From an uncultured Muribaculaceae bacterium (GTDB taxonomy: Bacteria; Bacillota_I; Bacilli_A; RF39; UBA660), in contig CAZTUM010000001.1 in assembly GCA_964616645.1 (NCBI GenBank), positions 9,318-73,317 of the forward strand: a DNA stretch of 64,000 nucleotides, written 5' to 3'. Below the pieces are notes generated by a model. The model had not been told where the DNA came from. It searched no databases and saw only the letters and a list, made by a program, of their open reading frames with translations. The translations under genes were made by a program, and so were the position numbers. Positions 39,201-48,961 of the stretch are shown here, in pieces. How positions within the stretch are numbered: the stretch's first letter is position 1; each line of letters begins with the position of its first letter.

Positions 39201-40900
39201 CTTTTTAATGTTGAAATATCATCTGTTATTATTAGGTAATATGGAATAAACTGTATTTTTTCACCATTTTCACTGCTTGTTTCTTTTCTATAGTTATATT
39301 CTTCCATTAACAGTCTTGTTATTTTATTTATATCATCTTTATTTGTTCCAAAATACCTAGTACTTTTTTCATTATCCCATATAAATGGTATACTTTTATA
39401 TTTTTCCCAATATTTTTTGTTTTTTTCATTGGTTAAAATAATAATTCTTAACATGTCATATCCATGATAAGCCATTACTTGCAATAACAAATTATCAAAG
39501 AAATTATTCACCATATTTTTTTCACCTATTATAGCAACTTTATTATTATTTCTAAAATTTAGTGTTATAGGTACATTTTCTATTTCTTTATTATCTTTTG
39601 CTATTTCAGTAATTAAGTTCTTTAAATCATCTTCTTCCATAGTAAAATGTTCTTCTGGATATTTTATTTCTATGTCAGGAATTTTATTTCCCAAACCTAA
39701 TCTAAGTTCTAAAAAATCTGTATGTTCTAATTTCCTTTCCCATAAATTACGTGATTTATTTAAAATAACATCTCTTACATTTTCTATAGGTAAATTATTC
39801 TCAGATAGTACTGCTTTTTGGTAATTAACCTCTTTCATTATTTCTTGATGTTTACTATCAATATATTTTTTATATTTTTTTACTCTTGCTTTTTCTTTTT
39901 TTATTTTTTTTCTTTTATTATAAAACTTTTGAGCTAATGGGAAAACTATCATAGCAATTAACATACAAACTGTCATAAGTATTGATGAAAATTGTTCTTT
40001 TAGAGTACTTTCACCACTTAATACTTTTTGAAGAGCCATAACTCCTGTTACCATACTCATCATACCCATAGTAAGCATAGGTGCTATGGTAAATATTAAA
40101 GGCATATCTTCTTGTTTTTCTTTTTGGGTAGGAGGGTCTAAATTAAATATTTTTCTCTCTATTTGTCTTTTAAATCTTGGTGGTCTTTGAAAATATTGTG
40201 ATTTATCAAAGAATAATACTTCTTTATCTATATATTCTTTATAATCTGTAATAGGATTTTCTTTAACTATTCTTTGGCTTAATTTTTCTGTATTGAATGT
40301 AATATCATTGTTATTATTACTTATTAATAATAATGAGCCAAAATAATATATGAATAATCCACAAATAAAAATTGAATCACCTAATTGTAAATACATTTCA
40401 TTTGATAATATATTATTAATAAATAATTTATTATCTTGATTTAAATTTTTTATTAATATTCCACCGTTATCTTGATTATAAGTAATATTTATTTGTTGTT
40501 TTGAAAATAGATTATTATTAACATTTATATCACAAGTATTATCACTACCAATTATTATGCTGTTGTTTTTTGTCCAATCAATAATTAAATTTTCAAAATT
40601 TTCACAACTAGGTAGTATATATAATATATATTTTTCTTTAGTATTTAGGTTAATTATATAATAAATATTATTTATCTTTAATATTTCTGATTCTTTAAAT
40701 TCAACTCCATTTAAATCATTATTTATAAAATTAGTACTTATTTTTATATCTGCATTACTTTTTAATACCCAATTATTTTCTTCTTCTACAACGTTTAGCA
40801 AGTTTTTTGAATTACTATCTAGTATCCAATAATTACCTGATGTTTGTTCCGGTAATGTGGTAACACTTATATTATTAACACTTTCTACTATTACTTTCAT
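36293..40900 (-). CDS. essC: Type VII secretion FtsK/SpoIIIE-family ATPase EssC (YukB-like).
   Basis: 1535 aa with an FHA-like N-terminus, two TM helices at about residues 270-330, and three P-loop ATPase domains (Walker A GMTGSGKSE; degenerate GASGSGKE in D2; degenerate D3). Confidence 0.85.
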   Translation of the reverse strand: MKVIVESVNNISVTTLPEQTSGNYWILDSNSKNLLNVVEEENNWVLKSNADIKISTNFINNDLNGVEFKESEILKINNIYYIINLNTKEKYILYILPSCENFENLIIDWTKNNSIIIGSDNTCDINVNNNLFSKQQINITYNQDNGGILIKNLNQDNKLFINNILSNEMYLQLGDSIFICGLFIYYFGSLLLISNNNNDITFNTEKLSQRIVKENPITDYKEYIDKEVLFFDKSQYFQRPPRFKRQIERKIFNLDPPTQKEKQEDMPLIFTIAPMLTMGMMSMVTGVMALQKVLSGESTLKEQFSSILMTVCMLIAMIVFPLAQKFYNKRKKIKKEKARVKKYKKYIDSKHQEIMKEVNYQKAVLSENNLPIENVRDVILNKSRNLWERKLEHTDFLELRLGLGNKIPDIEIKYPEEHFTMEEDDLKNLITEIAKDNKEIENVPITLNFRNNNKVAIIGEKNMVNNFFDNLLLQVMAYHGYDMLRIIILTNEKNKKYWEKYKSIPFIWDNEKSTRYFGTNKDDINKITRLLMEEYNYRKETSSENGEKIQFIPYYLIITDDISTLKSNSFISEILKSQVNLGYSIIMSDNKLNTIPNECSMFINAAYGLSGIFTNQMSSDNQIAFKPDIVNFSLNNCITKISNIPMDINSGKFVLPKKYGFLEMFDVGNVNQLNIINRWKENNITKSLEAPVGIDEQGELFKLDLHEKAHGPHGLVAGMTGSGKSEWIITYILSMAVNYSPEEVQFVLIDYKGGGLALTFDNRETGVKLPHVVGTLTNLDVVEIKRSLASINSELKRRQTMFKQAREKLNESSMDIYKYQELYRAGKLDEPMSHLFIISDEFAELKSQQPEFMDELISTARIGRSLGVHLILATQKPSGVVDDQIWSNSKFRICLKVQDKTDSNDMLKRPEAVMLKDTGRFYLQVGYNEFFALGQSAYAGMPYYESDKKITLVDSTIDFVDDIGAIIKKSNIEKNNTQFVHKGEELPNILNYIIETSKTQKLKITPLWLGSIPKTIYVDKLKAKYNYQKENFVLNPIVGEYDEPHKQQQNILTVPLSNEGNFLLYGASGSGKELFLTTLIYSLITTYTPEELGIYILDFGTEVLNNFIDSSHVGDIVHSGEDEKLENLFKYIKTEIDFRRKKFLQFNGNYKDFISKSEQKIPNLVIIINQFDVFSELYNNESEKLYELTREANKFGIYFILTVSSINGVKSKLLQTFKTIYSLQLNNEFDYRSIYGNTNGIVPSKLYGRGLFKKDRVLEFQTAYAFDKDELYKNILATSIKTFMTYKTKMKPIPVLPKEVEFKHIAKGEIGLNFIPVGMIKKTLGVASIKLKDELSYLISFRELDENISFIDKFLRILDNSNTNTLVMDAKYIYENSDFKKIKYLNNNYTEMLNNVNKFVNNVDEVLKNNNNNIRAIKNIEDIMCVIIGFDKFISTLSNKDKDIFINILNKSKETLKVHFIFIDIPSGFKPYEFESWYKASINPSSGLWVGDGFAEQYLIKPTKVTQDYYTIIGNNYGYIVENGQVKFIKIVEKM

Positions 40901-40908
40901 ACTATCAC

Positions 40909-41163
40909 CTATACTAAAGCCAAAAGTGTACCATTTTTTATTCCAGAATTTATTATTTCAACATTATAATCATAAAATACACCCTCAATAACATTCAACA
41001 AAGATAATTTATTATTTATCGCAAAACATCCTGTCATTTCATTTATTGCTTTATTTAAAATAACAATAACTTCTCCTACTGTTTTGTTAACTGGTATAAA
41101 TATATTATATTGTTTACCAACACTTGGAACAATTAATTCAACATTAACTTTATTCCCTTTCAT
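40909..41163 (-). CDS. esaB: EsaB/YukD ubiquitin-like T7SS protein.
   Basis: 84 aa, beta-grasp-like; C-terminus GIKNGTLLALV resembles YukD; immediately upstream of essC. Confidence 0.7.
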   Translation of the reverse strand: MKGNKVNVELIVPSVGKQYNIFIPVNKTVGEVIVILNKAINEMTGCFAINNKLSLLNVIEGVFYDYNVEIINSGIKNGTLLALV

Positions 41164-41261
41164 ATAATCACTCTACCTTATGATAATAGTATATTATAAA
41201 TATTTTAATTTTGCAATAACGAATGTAAGAAAAATAAATAATAAATTAGCTAACTTTTAAT

Positions 41262-41300
41262 TAAAAAAATAAGGATAATCTTTTTTCGATTTCCTTATTT
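41262..41300 (-). terminator. Rho-independent terminator of rpsR. The T7SS promoter region lies in the roughly 140 bp that follow.
   Basis: Hairpin ataagga...tccttat (41269-41298), with a T-run on the minus strand. Confidence 0.6.
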
Positions 41301-41307
41301 ATTAAAT

Positions 41308-41529
41308 TTACTTAACGTATGGTATTAATGCCATAAATCTAGCTCTTTTTACTTGCATTGCAACATATCTTTGATGTTTTGCACAAGTACCAGTTACTCT
41401 TCTTGGTAATATTTTACCTGTTTCTAAATTTATATATTTGCTTATAATATTAACATCTTTATAATCTACTGTTTTACCAGCACACATATGACATATTTTT
41501 TTTCTTTTTCTACTATGAAATTCCGCCAT
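41308..41529 (-). CDS. rpsR: 30S ribosomal protein S18.
   Basis: [34 protein letters not shown]. Confidence 0.9.
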   Translation of the reverse strand: MAEFHSRKRKKICHMCAGKTVDYKDVNIISKYINLETGKILPRRVTGTCAKHQRYVAMQVKRARFMALIPYVK

Positions 41530-41544
41530 GGCTATCCTCCTTTT

Positions 41545-42054
41545 TTAGAAAGGTAAATCGTCGTCGCTTAAGTCTATTGATTGACCAAAATTTTCAAATG
41601 GGTCTTTTGTTACATCCATAGTGTTTTGACTATTTACTGTTGTATTATTTATTGGCGTATCTACATTATTATATCCACTTGGTGCATCTATATTATCAAA
41701 CGGATTAGGAGTACTATAATTATTAGTAGTACTACTTCCTTTTGATTCTAAAAATTGAACACTTAAAGCAACAACTTCTGTTACATATACTTTTTTACCT
41801 TCGCTATTATCATAATTTCTTGTTTGTATGCGGCCATCTACCGCGATTAAGCGACCTTTAGTTAGGTATTTGGCTACATTTTCTGCTTGTTTATCCCAAA
41901 TTACTACATTAATAAAATCTGCTTCCCTCTCACCATTTTGATTGGTAAAACTTCTATTTACTGCTAGAGTTATTTGAGTAACAGCTCTGTTTGACCCTGT
42001 ATATCTTAATTCTGGGTCTTTTGTTAATCTTCCGATTAGTATTACTTTGTTCAT
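41545..42054 (-). CDS. ssb: Single-stranded DNA-binding protein.
   Basis: N-terminal OB fold [19 protein letters not shown], acidic C-terminal tail DDDLPF. Confidence 0.9.
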   Translation of the reverse strand: MNKVILIGRLTKDPELRYTGSNRAVTQITLAVNRSFTNQNGEREADFINVVIWDKQAENVAKYLTKGRLIAVDGRIQTRNYDNSEGKKVYVTEVVALSVQFLESKGSSTTNNYSTPNPFDNIDAPSGYNNVDTPINNTTVNSQNTMDVTKDPFENFGQSIDLSDDDLPF

Positions 42055-42063
42055 ATAACACTC

Positions 42064-42354
42064 CTATTTATCTAAGTTAATTATTAAATGACGAATTATA
42101 TTTTCGTTGATTTTAGATATACGGTCAAATTCTTTAACAGCTTTATCATCATTTGTTTCAATATTATATAAATAATAATATCCTGATTTAAACTTATTTA
42201 TTTCATAAGCTAGTTGTTTTTGACCTAATTCTTTAGATAAAGTAATAGTCGCCTTATTATCAGTGAATATTTTTTCTAAATCAGTTACTACTTTTTTTAG
42301 TGTTTCACTTTCTAAATTTGGTTGTACTATAAACATTATTTCATATTTTTTCAT
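42064..42354 (-). CDS. rpsF: 30S ribosomal protein S6.
   Basis: MKKYEIMFIV start and conserved rpsF-ssb-rpsR order. Confidence 0.9.
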   Translation of the reverse strand: MKKYEIMFIVQPNLESETLKKVVTDLEKIFTDNKATITLSKELGQKQLAYEINKFKSGYYYLYNIETNDDKAVKEFDRISKINENIIRHLIINLDK

Positions 42355-42430
42355 ACTTTTACACCTCCTTTTGGTCTATCGGCCCTATATTATGGGCAAG
42401 GAGCTTTCGCTCAGGAAATATTATAACAAA
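42355..42430 (-). promoter_or_regulatory. rpsF 5' leader with a locally GC-rich hairpin; possible S6:S18 autoregulatory leader.
   Basis: Minus-strand sequence ...gagcgaaagctccttgcccataatatagggccgatagaccaaaaggaggtg ATG. The gccc/gggc stem stands out in AT-rich context. Ribosomal-protein leaders are known for rpsF. Confidence 0.3.
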
Positions 42431-42512
42431 CTTTTATTGAGAAGTAAATTATTTTTTTATAAATTTCATATTATTTTATGATTAATTTTTAGTATTTAGA
42501 AGAAAAGATGGT

Positions 42513-43619
42513 TTATTTGCTTACATTAAATCTAAAGTAACAAATGTCACCATCTTGCATTTTATATTCTTTGCCTTCTAATCTCATTTTTCCTGCTTCT
42601 TTTACAGATTTTTCTGTACCATATTTAACTAAGTCTTCATAACTCATTATTTCCGCTTTTATAAAACCTTTTTGAAAATCTGTATGTATTATTCCTGCAC
42701 ATGTAGGCGCGTTAGAGCCTTTTTTGAATGTCCATGCACGGCATTCATCAGCACCTGCGGTAAAGAATGTTGCCAATCCTAGCAGAGAGTATGTTTTTTT
42801 TACTAGTTGGTCTAGCCCACTTTCTTCTATTCCTAATTCTTCTAAGAATAAGGTTTTTTCATCATCTGGTAATTCTGATAATTCACTTTCAATTTTAGCA
42901 CATATCATTACGGCTTCACTGTTATCATTGTTTGCATATTCTTTTAATTTATCAACATAAATATTTCCATGATTATTTATATCTATTTCTTTTACATTGG
43001 CTACATATATTATTGGTTTTTCTGTAATTAAATTAAAAGTGGATATAATTTTAATTTCTTCTTCTGTTAGATTTAATTTTCTTACTGGAATGTTTTTTTC
43101 AAGTGAAGATTTTATTTTTTCTAATAATTCTAATTCTTTTATTTCTTCTTTGTTGTTAGTCATTTTAGCTTTTTTTCCTATTTTATTAATTCTATTTTGA
43201 ACTATCTCTAAATCAGATAAAATTAGTTCTACATTGATTACTTCTATATCCCTTATTGGGTCTACATTACCATCAACATGAATAATATTTTCATCATCAA
43301 AACATCTTACTACTTCTACAATAGCATCTACTTCTCTTATGTGAGATAGAAATTTATTACCTAATCCTTCCCCGTTAGATGCCCCTTTTACAAGACCTGC
43401 TATATCAGTAAATTCAAAGGAAGTTGGTACTGTTTTTTCTGGATTATATATACTTACTAAAGTTTCTAATCTTTTATCTGGTACTATTACAATTCCTACA
43501 TTTTGGTCTATGGTTGCAAAGGGGTAATTTGCCGCTAAGATATTTTTTTTAGTAATTGCATTAAATAATGTGGATTTGCCTACGTTTGGTAGCCCTATAA
43601 TACCTGCAGTTAAACTCAT
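42513..43619 (-). CDS. ychF: Ribosome-binding ATPase YchF (Obg-family GTPase with a TGS domain).
   Basis: MSLTAGIIGLPNVGKSTLFNAIT, with the C-terminal TGS region GFIKAEIMSYEDL. Confidence 0.9.
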   Translation of the reverse strand: MSLTAGIIGLPNVGKSTLFNAITKKNILAANYPFATIDQNVGIVIVPDKRLETLVSIYNPEKTVPTSFEFTDIAGLVKGASNGEGLGNKFLSHIREVDAIVEVVRCFDDENIIHVDGNVDPIRDIEVINVELILSDLEIVQNRINKIGKKAKMTNNKEEIKELELLEKIKSSLEKNIPVRKLNLTEEEIKIISTFNLITEKPIIYVANVKEIDINNHGNIYVDKLKEYANNDNSEAVMICAKIESELSELPDDEKTLFLEELGIEESGLDQLVKKTYSLLGLATFFTAGADECRAWTFKKGSNAPTCAGIIHTDFQKGFIKAEIMSYEDLVKYGTEKSVKEAGKMRLEGKEYKMQDGDICYFRFNVSK

Positions 43620-43643
43620 GTTATCACTTCTTTCTTTTAAATA

Positions 43644-45173
43644 TTATATTGTTGGATTTATTCCTGGACCTATAGGTAATCCTATTATGTAAAATCCTAA
43701 TATGATTAATAACCATAAAATAGTAAATGCTATGGCATATGGTGTCATTAGAGATATAGCATCAGTTAAAGTTATTGTTTCTTCTTGTTTTTGATTATAT
43801 ATTTGTAAAAATCCTATCAATAGTACAAAGTATGTAAATAATGGGGTTATGCCTTTTACCGATGAGTCAGCCGCTCTAAATACGGCAGTTGCAAATTCTG
43901 GTGTCATAGAACTAGACATAAACATTGGTACTAATACCGGGGATAGAATCGCCCATTTTGTTGAAGATACTGGTACAAATATAGATGATATTATAATGAC
44001 TATAAAGCTTACTATAATTAAGATAATTCCAGTTAATTCAAAATTACTAATAGCTTCTGTTAGAGAGGCTATTATGAAGATACCAATGTTGCTTTTTTTA
44101 AATATTGATATTAATTGTGCATAGAAAAATATTAATACAAGTATTGAAGATATGTTTGTTAAATAATAACTCATGCCATCTACAAAGTCTTTGTTATTCT
44201 TAATAGTTTTTACTCTAATACCATATATTAAACCCGCTATCATGAGATAGGCACTAGTTATAAATACTATTCCTTGATTAAAATATGAATTATTTCCAAA
44301 TAATTGATCTATATATAAATCATCTTTTAGATATAGAAATAATCCTGAGAATGGTAATCCTGGGATAATGCAATATATAGTTATTACAAGTAATATTAAT
44401 AAAGATATTAATGCTAGGGTCAAACCTTTTTTTTCTTTTGGTGTTATTGCTTCTTCTATTTCTTCTTCAGAAGTATATTTTCCTAGTTTAGGTATAATAT
44501 ATTTTTCTGTTATATGCATACCTACATATGCTATTAATATTGTACTTATTATCATTAAATATAGATTACCAGTTAAGCTTACTTTGTAGTTAGCATCAAG
44601 TATTAATGTAGAACTTGATGTGTATGTTGTTAATATACTATCTAAACCATTTATTACTATGTTAGCACCATATCCAAATGTAATTCCTGAAAATGCTGCA
44701 CAGATACCCGCGGAGGGATGTCGTTTTAGTGTAATAAATAGGATTGCACTTAATGGGATTAAAATTACATAAGCCATTTCGTAAAACATAGATGTTATTA
44801 TTCCTAATAAGACTATTAAAAAAGTAATAAATTTTCTGGATACATTCTTTTTAATTAGTTTAAATAATGTTGTTAGAAATCCTGATTTATATGCTACTCC
44901 AACTCCTAATAAGCCAACTATTAATGTTCCTAATGGAGCAAAATTAATAAAGTTAGATATCATATTACTTACCATGTATTGTATACCAGTTCTATTAAAT
45001 ATAGAGTCTATTTCTACTAGTTGGCTTTCCATTTTACCAGTAATAGGATTTACATGATAATAACTTGTTTGAAGTCCTAAAGCATCTCCTATACCACTTA
45101 CTATTACTACGATTGCAATTAATATTAAGCACATTAATATAGGATGAATTTTAGTTTTATTTCTTTTTTTCAT
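43644..45173 (-). CDS. AbgT-family transporter (p-aminobenzoyl-glutamate transporter-like).
   Basis: About 509 aa, polytopic, with N-terminal features resembling the AbgT family. Confidence 0.7.
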   Translation of the reverse strand: MKKRNKTKIHPILMCLILIAIVVIVSGIGDALGLQTSYYHVNPITGKMESQLVEIDSIFNRTGIQYMVSNMISNFINFAPLGTLIVGLLGVGVAYKSGFLTTLFKLIKKNVSRKFITFLIVLLGIITSMFYEMAYVILIPLSAILFITLKRHPSAGICAAFSGITFGYGANIVINGLDSILTTYTSSSTLILDANYKVSLTGNLYLMIISTILIAYVGMHITEKYIIPKLGKYTSEEEIEEAITPKEKKGLTLALISLLILLVITIYCIIPGLPFSGLFLYLKDDLYIDQLFGNNSYFNQGIVFITSAYLMIAGLIYGIRVKTIKNNKDFVDGMSYYLTNISSILVLIFFYAQLISIFKKSNIGIFIIASLTEAISNFELTGIILIIVSFIVIIISSIFVPVSSTKWAILSPVLVPMFMSSSMTPEFATAVFRAADSSVKGITPLFTYFVLLIGFLQIYNQKQEETITLTDAISLMTPYAIAFTILWLLIILGFYIIGLPIGPGINPTI

Positions 45174-45355
45174 AATTTTACCACCTTTTTTAATTTCTTA
45201 TTAAACTCTATTCTAGGTAACATTACACATCTTTGACATTCAATACATTTGATTTTAATATCGATTCCTAGGCGAATTATTTCCCATTCATTTGTGCCAC
45301 ATGGATGAGTTTTTTTCATGATAACTATGCTACCAAGTTTATATTCTTTATCCAT
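45170..45355 (-). CDS. DUF951-family small protein, the conserved neighbour of ychF in Bacilli.
   Basis: 61 aa with four Cys (C..C....C..C-like), overlapping the start of the AbgT gene. Confidence 0.5.
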   Translation of the reverse strand: MDKEYKLGSIVIMKKTHPCGTNEWEIIRLGIDIKIKCIECQRCVMLPRIEFNKKLKKVVKL

Positions 45356-45596
45356 TATATTTATTCCTCCTAATACTTTTTTTGCAAGTTAATAAGATTA
45401 TAGCATTAATAATTTATTTTGTAAATATTTTGTTATTTATCAGATGGAGGATAGGTCCATATATTTAGTCTCCCTTTTGCTTTCATTTTCTTTTGTACTT
45501 AGTACTTTAATATTTATTAATCTCCTTTTATATATTAATATAATTTATTTTTTTAATAATAGATTTTTATTACGTTTTATGATAATATTATAATAG

Positions 45597-47969
45597 GTGG
45601 TAGGTATGTTAGGTGATACAGTTATTCATGGGGTAGAAGAGTTTAACAATTTACTTAATAAGGATATTTTTATTAGTAAGAAGTTAGTAGATAAAATTTT
45701 AGATAAGTATAGTGATGTATTTAAATATGTTATTAAATATAGAGGTATTGTTGATGATTTTATATGTGATTATGTTATTAATATATTAAATAATGGTTAT
45801 AATTTGGTTAAAGAACATAATAATATTTATTTGGATAGACATTTAAAGGAAGATAGAGAATATTTTGATAATATGTTTAAGGGGATTGATGATAGTATTG
45901 TTTTAGATGATGAGCAGAGAAAGGCTATTTTATGTGATGAAGATTATTCTTTGATAGTTGCTGGGGCTGGTTCTGGTAAGACTACTACTATGGCGGCTAA
46001 AGTAAAATATTTAATTGATAGGGGAGGGATTTCACCTGATAAGATTATTCTACTTGCTTTTACTAATAAGGCTAAGGAAGAATTAGAGCAAAGAATTAAT
46101 GGGCAATTTAATTTAGGAGTAGAAGTTCTTACTTTTCATAAGTTAGGTATGAAATTTATTAGGAAGATATTTGATGAGGGAGTTAGAAATGTAGGGGATG
46201 GGGTTGTTAGAGAGGTACTTGTTAGTTATATTAAAGATGTAGTATTTAAAGATAAAGATAAGTTAAGAGAGTTTATGGGGGCTTTTTCTAAGTATGTTTA
46301 TTTTGGTACTGAGGTATTTAATTTTGATAATTTTGATGATTATTTTAAAGATTTTGTTGATAGGAAATATAAGTTATATGAAAATGATTTATGGGATTAT
46401 AATAAGAGTGTTATAGATATTAGAAAAGAGAATAATTTTACTATTAAGGGAGAGTATGTTAAATCTAGTTTTGAGGTAGATATTGCTAATTATTTATATA
46501 TTAATGGATATGATTATAAATATGAAGAGTTATATTATTATACAGTTGGGGATACTAGAAGTTATGCTCCAGATTTTACAATACATGATAATTTTAGGAA
46601 GTTATATATTGAATATTATGGAATGGCTAAATTTGTTGATGGTAAGTTAGATAGTGAGGATGAATATAATAAAAATATATTAAGGAAAAGAGATATACAT
46701 AATAAGTATCATACTAATTTAATTGAATTATATTATAGTAATAATTCTAAGGGAGATTATTTAACGTATCTAAATAGTGAGTTAAATAGATTTAAGTTTA
46801 AGAGCAAGAAAAGAACCGATAAGGAGATATTTTATACTCTTTGGTATACTAATTATGAATATCATATATTTAAGTTTATAAATTTAGTTAGTGTATTTAT
46901 TTCTAGGTTTAAAGATTTAGGGTATGAAGAAGATGATTTTGATAGTTTTATAGATAAATGTGAGGATAATAATATTAAAAGACAGCTTGTATTTATTAAA
47001 GATATTTTTATTTATTATCAAAATTATTTACATAGGAATAGATTGATTGATTTTCCTGATATGATTAATTATGCTTATAAAGGAATGAAAAGAGTACTTC
47101 TTAAAGATAAAACTTTAAGTTATGATTATTTGATTATTGATGAATATCAAGATATTTCTTTTAGAAGATATAATTTTGCTAAGAGGTTATCTTATTTGTT
47201 TGGTGCTAAGATTGTTGCAGTTGGAGATGATTGGCAAGCAATATTTGGGTTTTCTGGTAGTGATGTTTCTGTCTTTACTAATTTTTATGAGCTTATGGGA
47301 TATGCTGATATTATAAAGATTACTAAGACTTATCGTAATAGTCAGGAATTATTAGATGTAGCTTCTTTGTTTGTTCTTAAAAATACTAATCAAATAAAAA
47401 AGGATTTAACTTCTTTAAAACATTTAGATAATCCAGTTAATATAGTTTATTATAATTATGATAGTTGTTATGGTAGAAGTTATGCTGTTAGAAAGATAGT
47501 TAAAGATATATATAGTAATGATAATAAAGCTAGGATATTACTTCTTGGTAGATATAATGATGATATTAATGAGTTATTAAGTTCTTTTCTGTTTATTAAA
47601 GGGAAAGAAGATAAAATTATATGTAAAGATGAAGTTGATGCAAGTATTAATTTTATGACTATACATGAATCTAAAGGTTTGGGGTATGATTATGTTATTA
47701 TTTTAAATGCTCTTAATGAGAGGAAGGGATTCCCTAGTAAAATAGTGGATGAGCCTATTATTAAGTTAATTGATAGTAATAATGAGGAGGGGAATATTAG
47801 TTATCCTGAAGAGAGAAGATTATTTTATGTTGCTATTACTAGAGCTAAAAATAAAGTATATATTTTATGTCCTTATATGCCTATTAGTAAGAGAAGTGAA
47901 TTTGTTTTAGAAATTAAAAATTATAAGAATGTTTGTGAAATTTTTGATGAAGAATTAATAAATAAGTAA
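45597..47969 (+). CDS. UvrD/Rep-family superfamily 1 helicase, with an atypical N-terminal region and a mid-protein insertion.
   Basis: Walker A GAGSGKTTT, Walker B DEYQD, and a C-terminal LFYVAITRAK motif. The insertion FEVDIANY...YAPDFTIHD...IEYYG has the appearance of a nuclease-fold insert. Confidence 0.7.
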   Translation: MVGMLGDTVIHGVEEFNNLLNKDIFISKKLVDKILDKYSDVFKYVIKYRGIVDDFICDYVINILNNGYNLVKEHNNIYLDRHLKEDREYFDNMFKGIDDSIVLDDEQRKAILCDEDYSLIVAGAGSGKTTTMAAKVKYLIDRGGISPDKIILLAFTNKAKEELEQRINGQFNLGVEVLTFHKLGMKFIRKIFDEGVRNVGDGVVREVLVSYIKDVVFKDKDKLREFMGAFSKYVYFGTEVFNFDNFDDYFKDFVDRKYKLYENDLWDYNKSVIDIRKENNFTIKGEYVKSSFEVDIANYLYINGYDYKYEELYYYTVGDTRSYAPDFTIHDNFRKLYIEYYGMAKFVDGKLDSEDEYNKNILRKRDIHNKYHTNLIELYYSNNSKGDYLTYLNSELNRFKFKSKKRTDKEIFYTLWYTNYEYHIFKFINLVSVFISRFKDLGYEEDDFDSFIDKCEDNNIKRQLVFIKDIFIYYQNYLHRNRLIDFPDMINYAYKGMKRVLLKDKTLSYDYLIIDEYQDISFRRYNFAKRLSYLFGAKIVAVGDDWQAIFGFSGSDVSVFTNFYELMGYADIIKITKTYRNSQELLDVASLFVLKNTNQIKKDLTSLKHLDNPVNIVYYNYDSCYGRSYAVRKIVKDIYSNDNKARILLLGRYNDDINELLSSFLFIKGKEDKIICKDEVDASINFMTIHESKGLGYDYVIILNALNERKGFPSKIVDEPIIKLIDSNNEEGNISYPEERRLFYVAITRAKNKVYILCPYMPISKRSEFVLEIKNYKNVCEIFDEELINK

Positions 47970-48049
47970 TAAGGGGTACTGTTTTAGATATATCAGTATC
48001 TTTTTTATGGGTAGTATATAAAGTGTGATATAATTATATAGGTGGTTTT

Positions 48050-48943
48050 ATGAATAGATGTATGAAATGTCCTAGAAAGTGTTTAGTAGATAGAAAAATT
48101 AATAAGGGGTATTGTGGAGTAGGGGATGAGTTAAAGATTGCTAGAGCTAGTTTACATATGTGGGAAGAGCCATGTATTTCTGGTGATACTGGTAGTGGTA
48201 CTATTTTTTTTAGTGGATGTAATTTAAAGTGTGTGTATTGTCAAAATTATGATATTTCTCATAATGGGTTTGGAAAGATAATATCTGTTGATAGATTGGT
48301 AGAGATTTTTTTTGAACTTAAGAATAAGGGGGCTAATAATATTAATTTAGTTACTCCATCTCATTATACTGATTTGATTAAGAAAGCTATTGTTTTAGCT
48401 AAAAATAAGGGGTTTGATTTGCCTTTTATATATAATTCTTCTGGGTATGATAGTGTTAATTCTATTAAATGTTTAGAAGGACTTATTGATGTATATTTGC
48501 CTGATTTTAAATATATAGATAATGAGGTAGCATATAAATATTCTAAGTGTAATAATTATGTTTCTATAGTTAAGGATGTTATTGATTGTATGTATAAGCA
48601 AGTTGGAGATGTTGTTATTTCTAGTGATGGTTTAATTAAAAAAGGAGTTATAGTTAGAGTTTTAGTATTACCTGGTTATATTAGTGATAGTAAAAGGATT
48701 ATTAAGTATTTATATAGTAAATATAAGGATGGTATTTATATTAGTATTATGAATCAATATACTCCTTATGGAAATTTAGATAAGTATCCCGAAATTAATA
48801 AAAAGTTATCTTTTGATGAATATAATGATGTGGTAGATTATGCTGTTAATTTGGGTATTAGTAATGCTTATATTCAAGAAGAAGGAACTTGTGATGAGAA
48901 TTTTATTCCTTGTTTTGATTTAGAAGGAGTAGAAAAAAGATAA
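48050..48943 (+). CDS. Radical SAM protein, PflX-like (COG1313).
   Basis: CxxxCxxC-type cluster GCNLKCVYCQN plus an N-terminal Cys-rich region. Confidence 0.6.
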   Translation: MNRCMKCPRKCLVDRKINKGYCGVGDELKIARASLHMWEEPCISGDTGSGTIFFSGCNLKCVYCQNYDISHNGFGKIISVDRLVEIFFELKNKGANNINLVTPSHYTDLIKKAIVLAKNKGFDLPFIYNSSGYDSVNSIKCLEGLIDVYLPDFKYIDNEVAYKYSKCNNYVSIVKDVIDCMYKQVGDVVISSDGLIKKGVIVRVLVLPGYISDSKRIIKYLYSKYKDGIYISIMNQYTPYGNLDKYPEINKKLSFDEYNDVVDYAVNLGISNAYIQEEGTCDENFIPCFDLEGVEKR

Positions 48944-48961
48944 GAAAATGTTTTTTATTTC

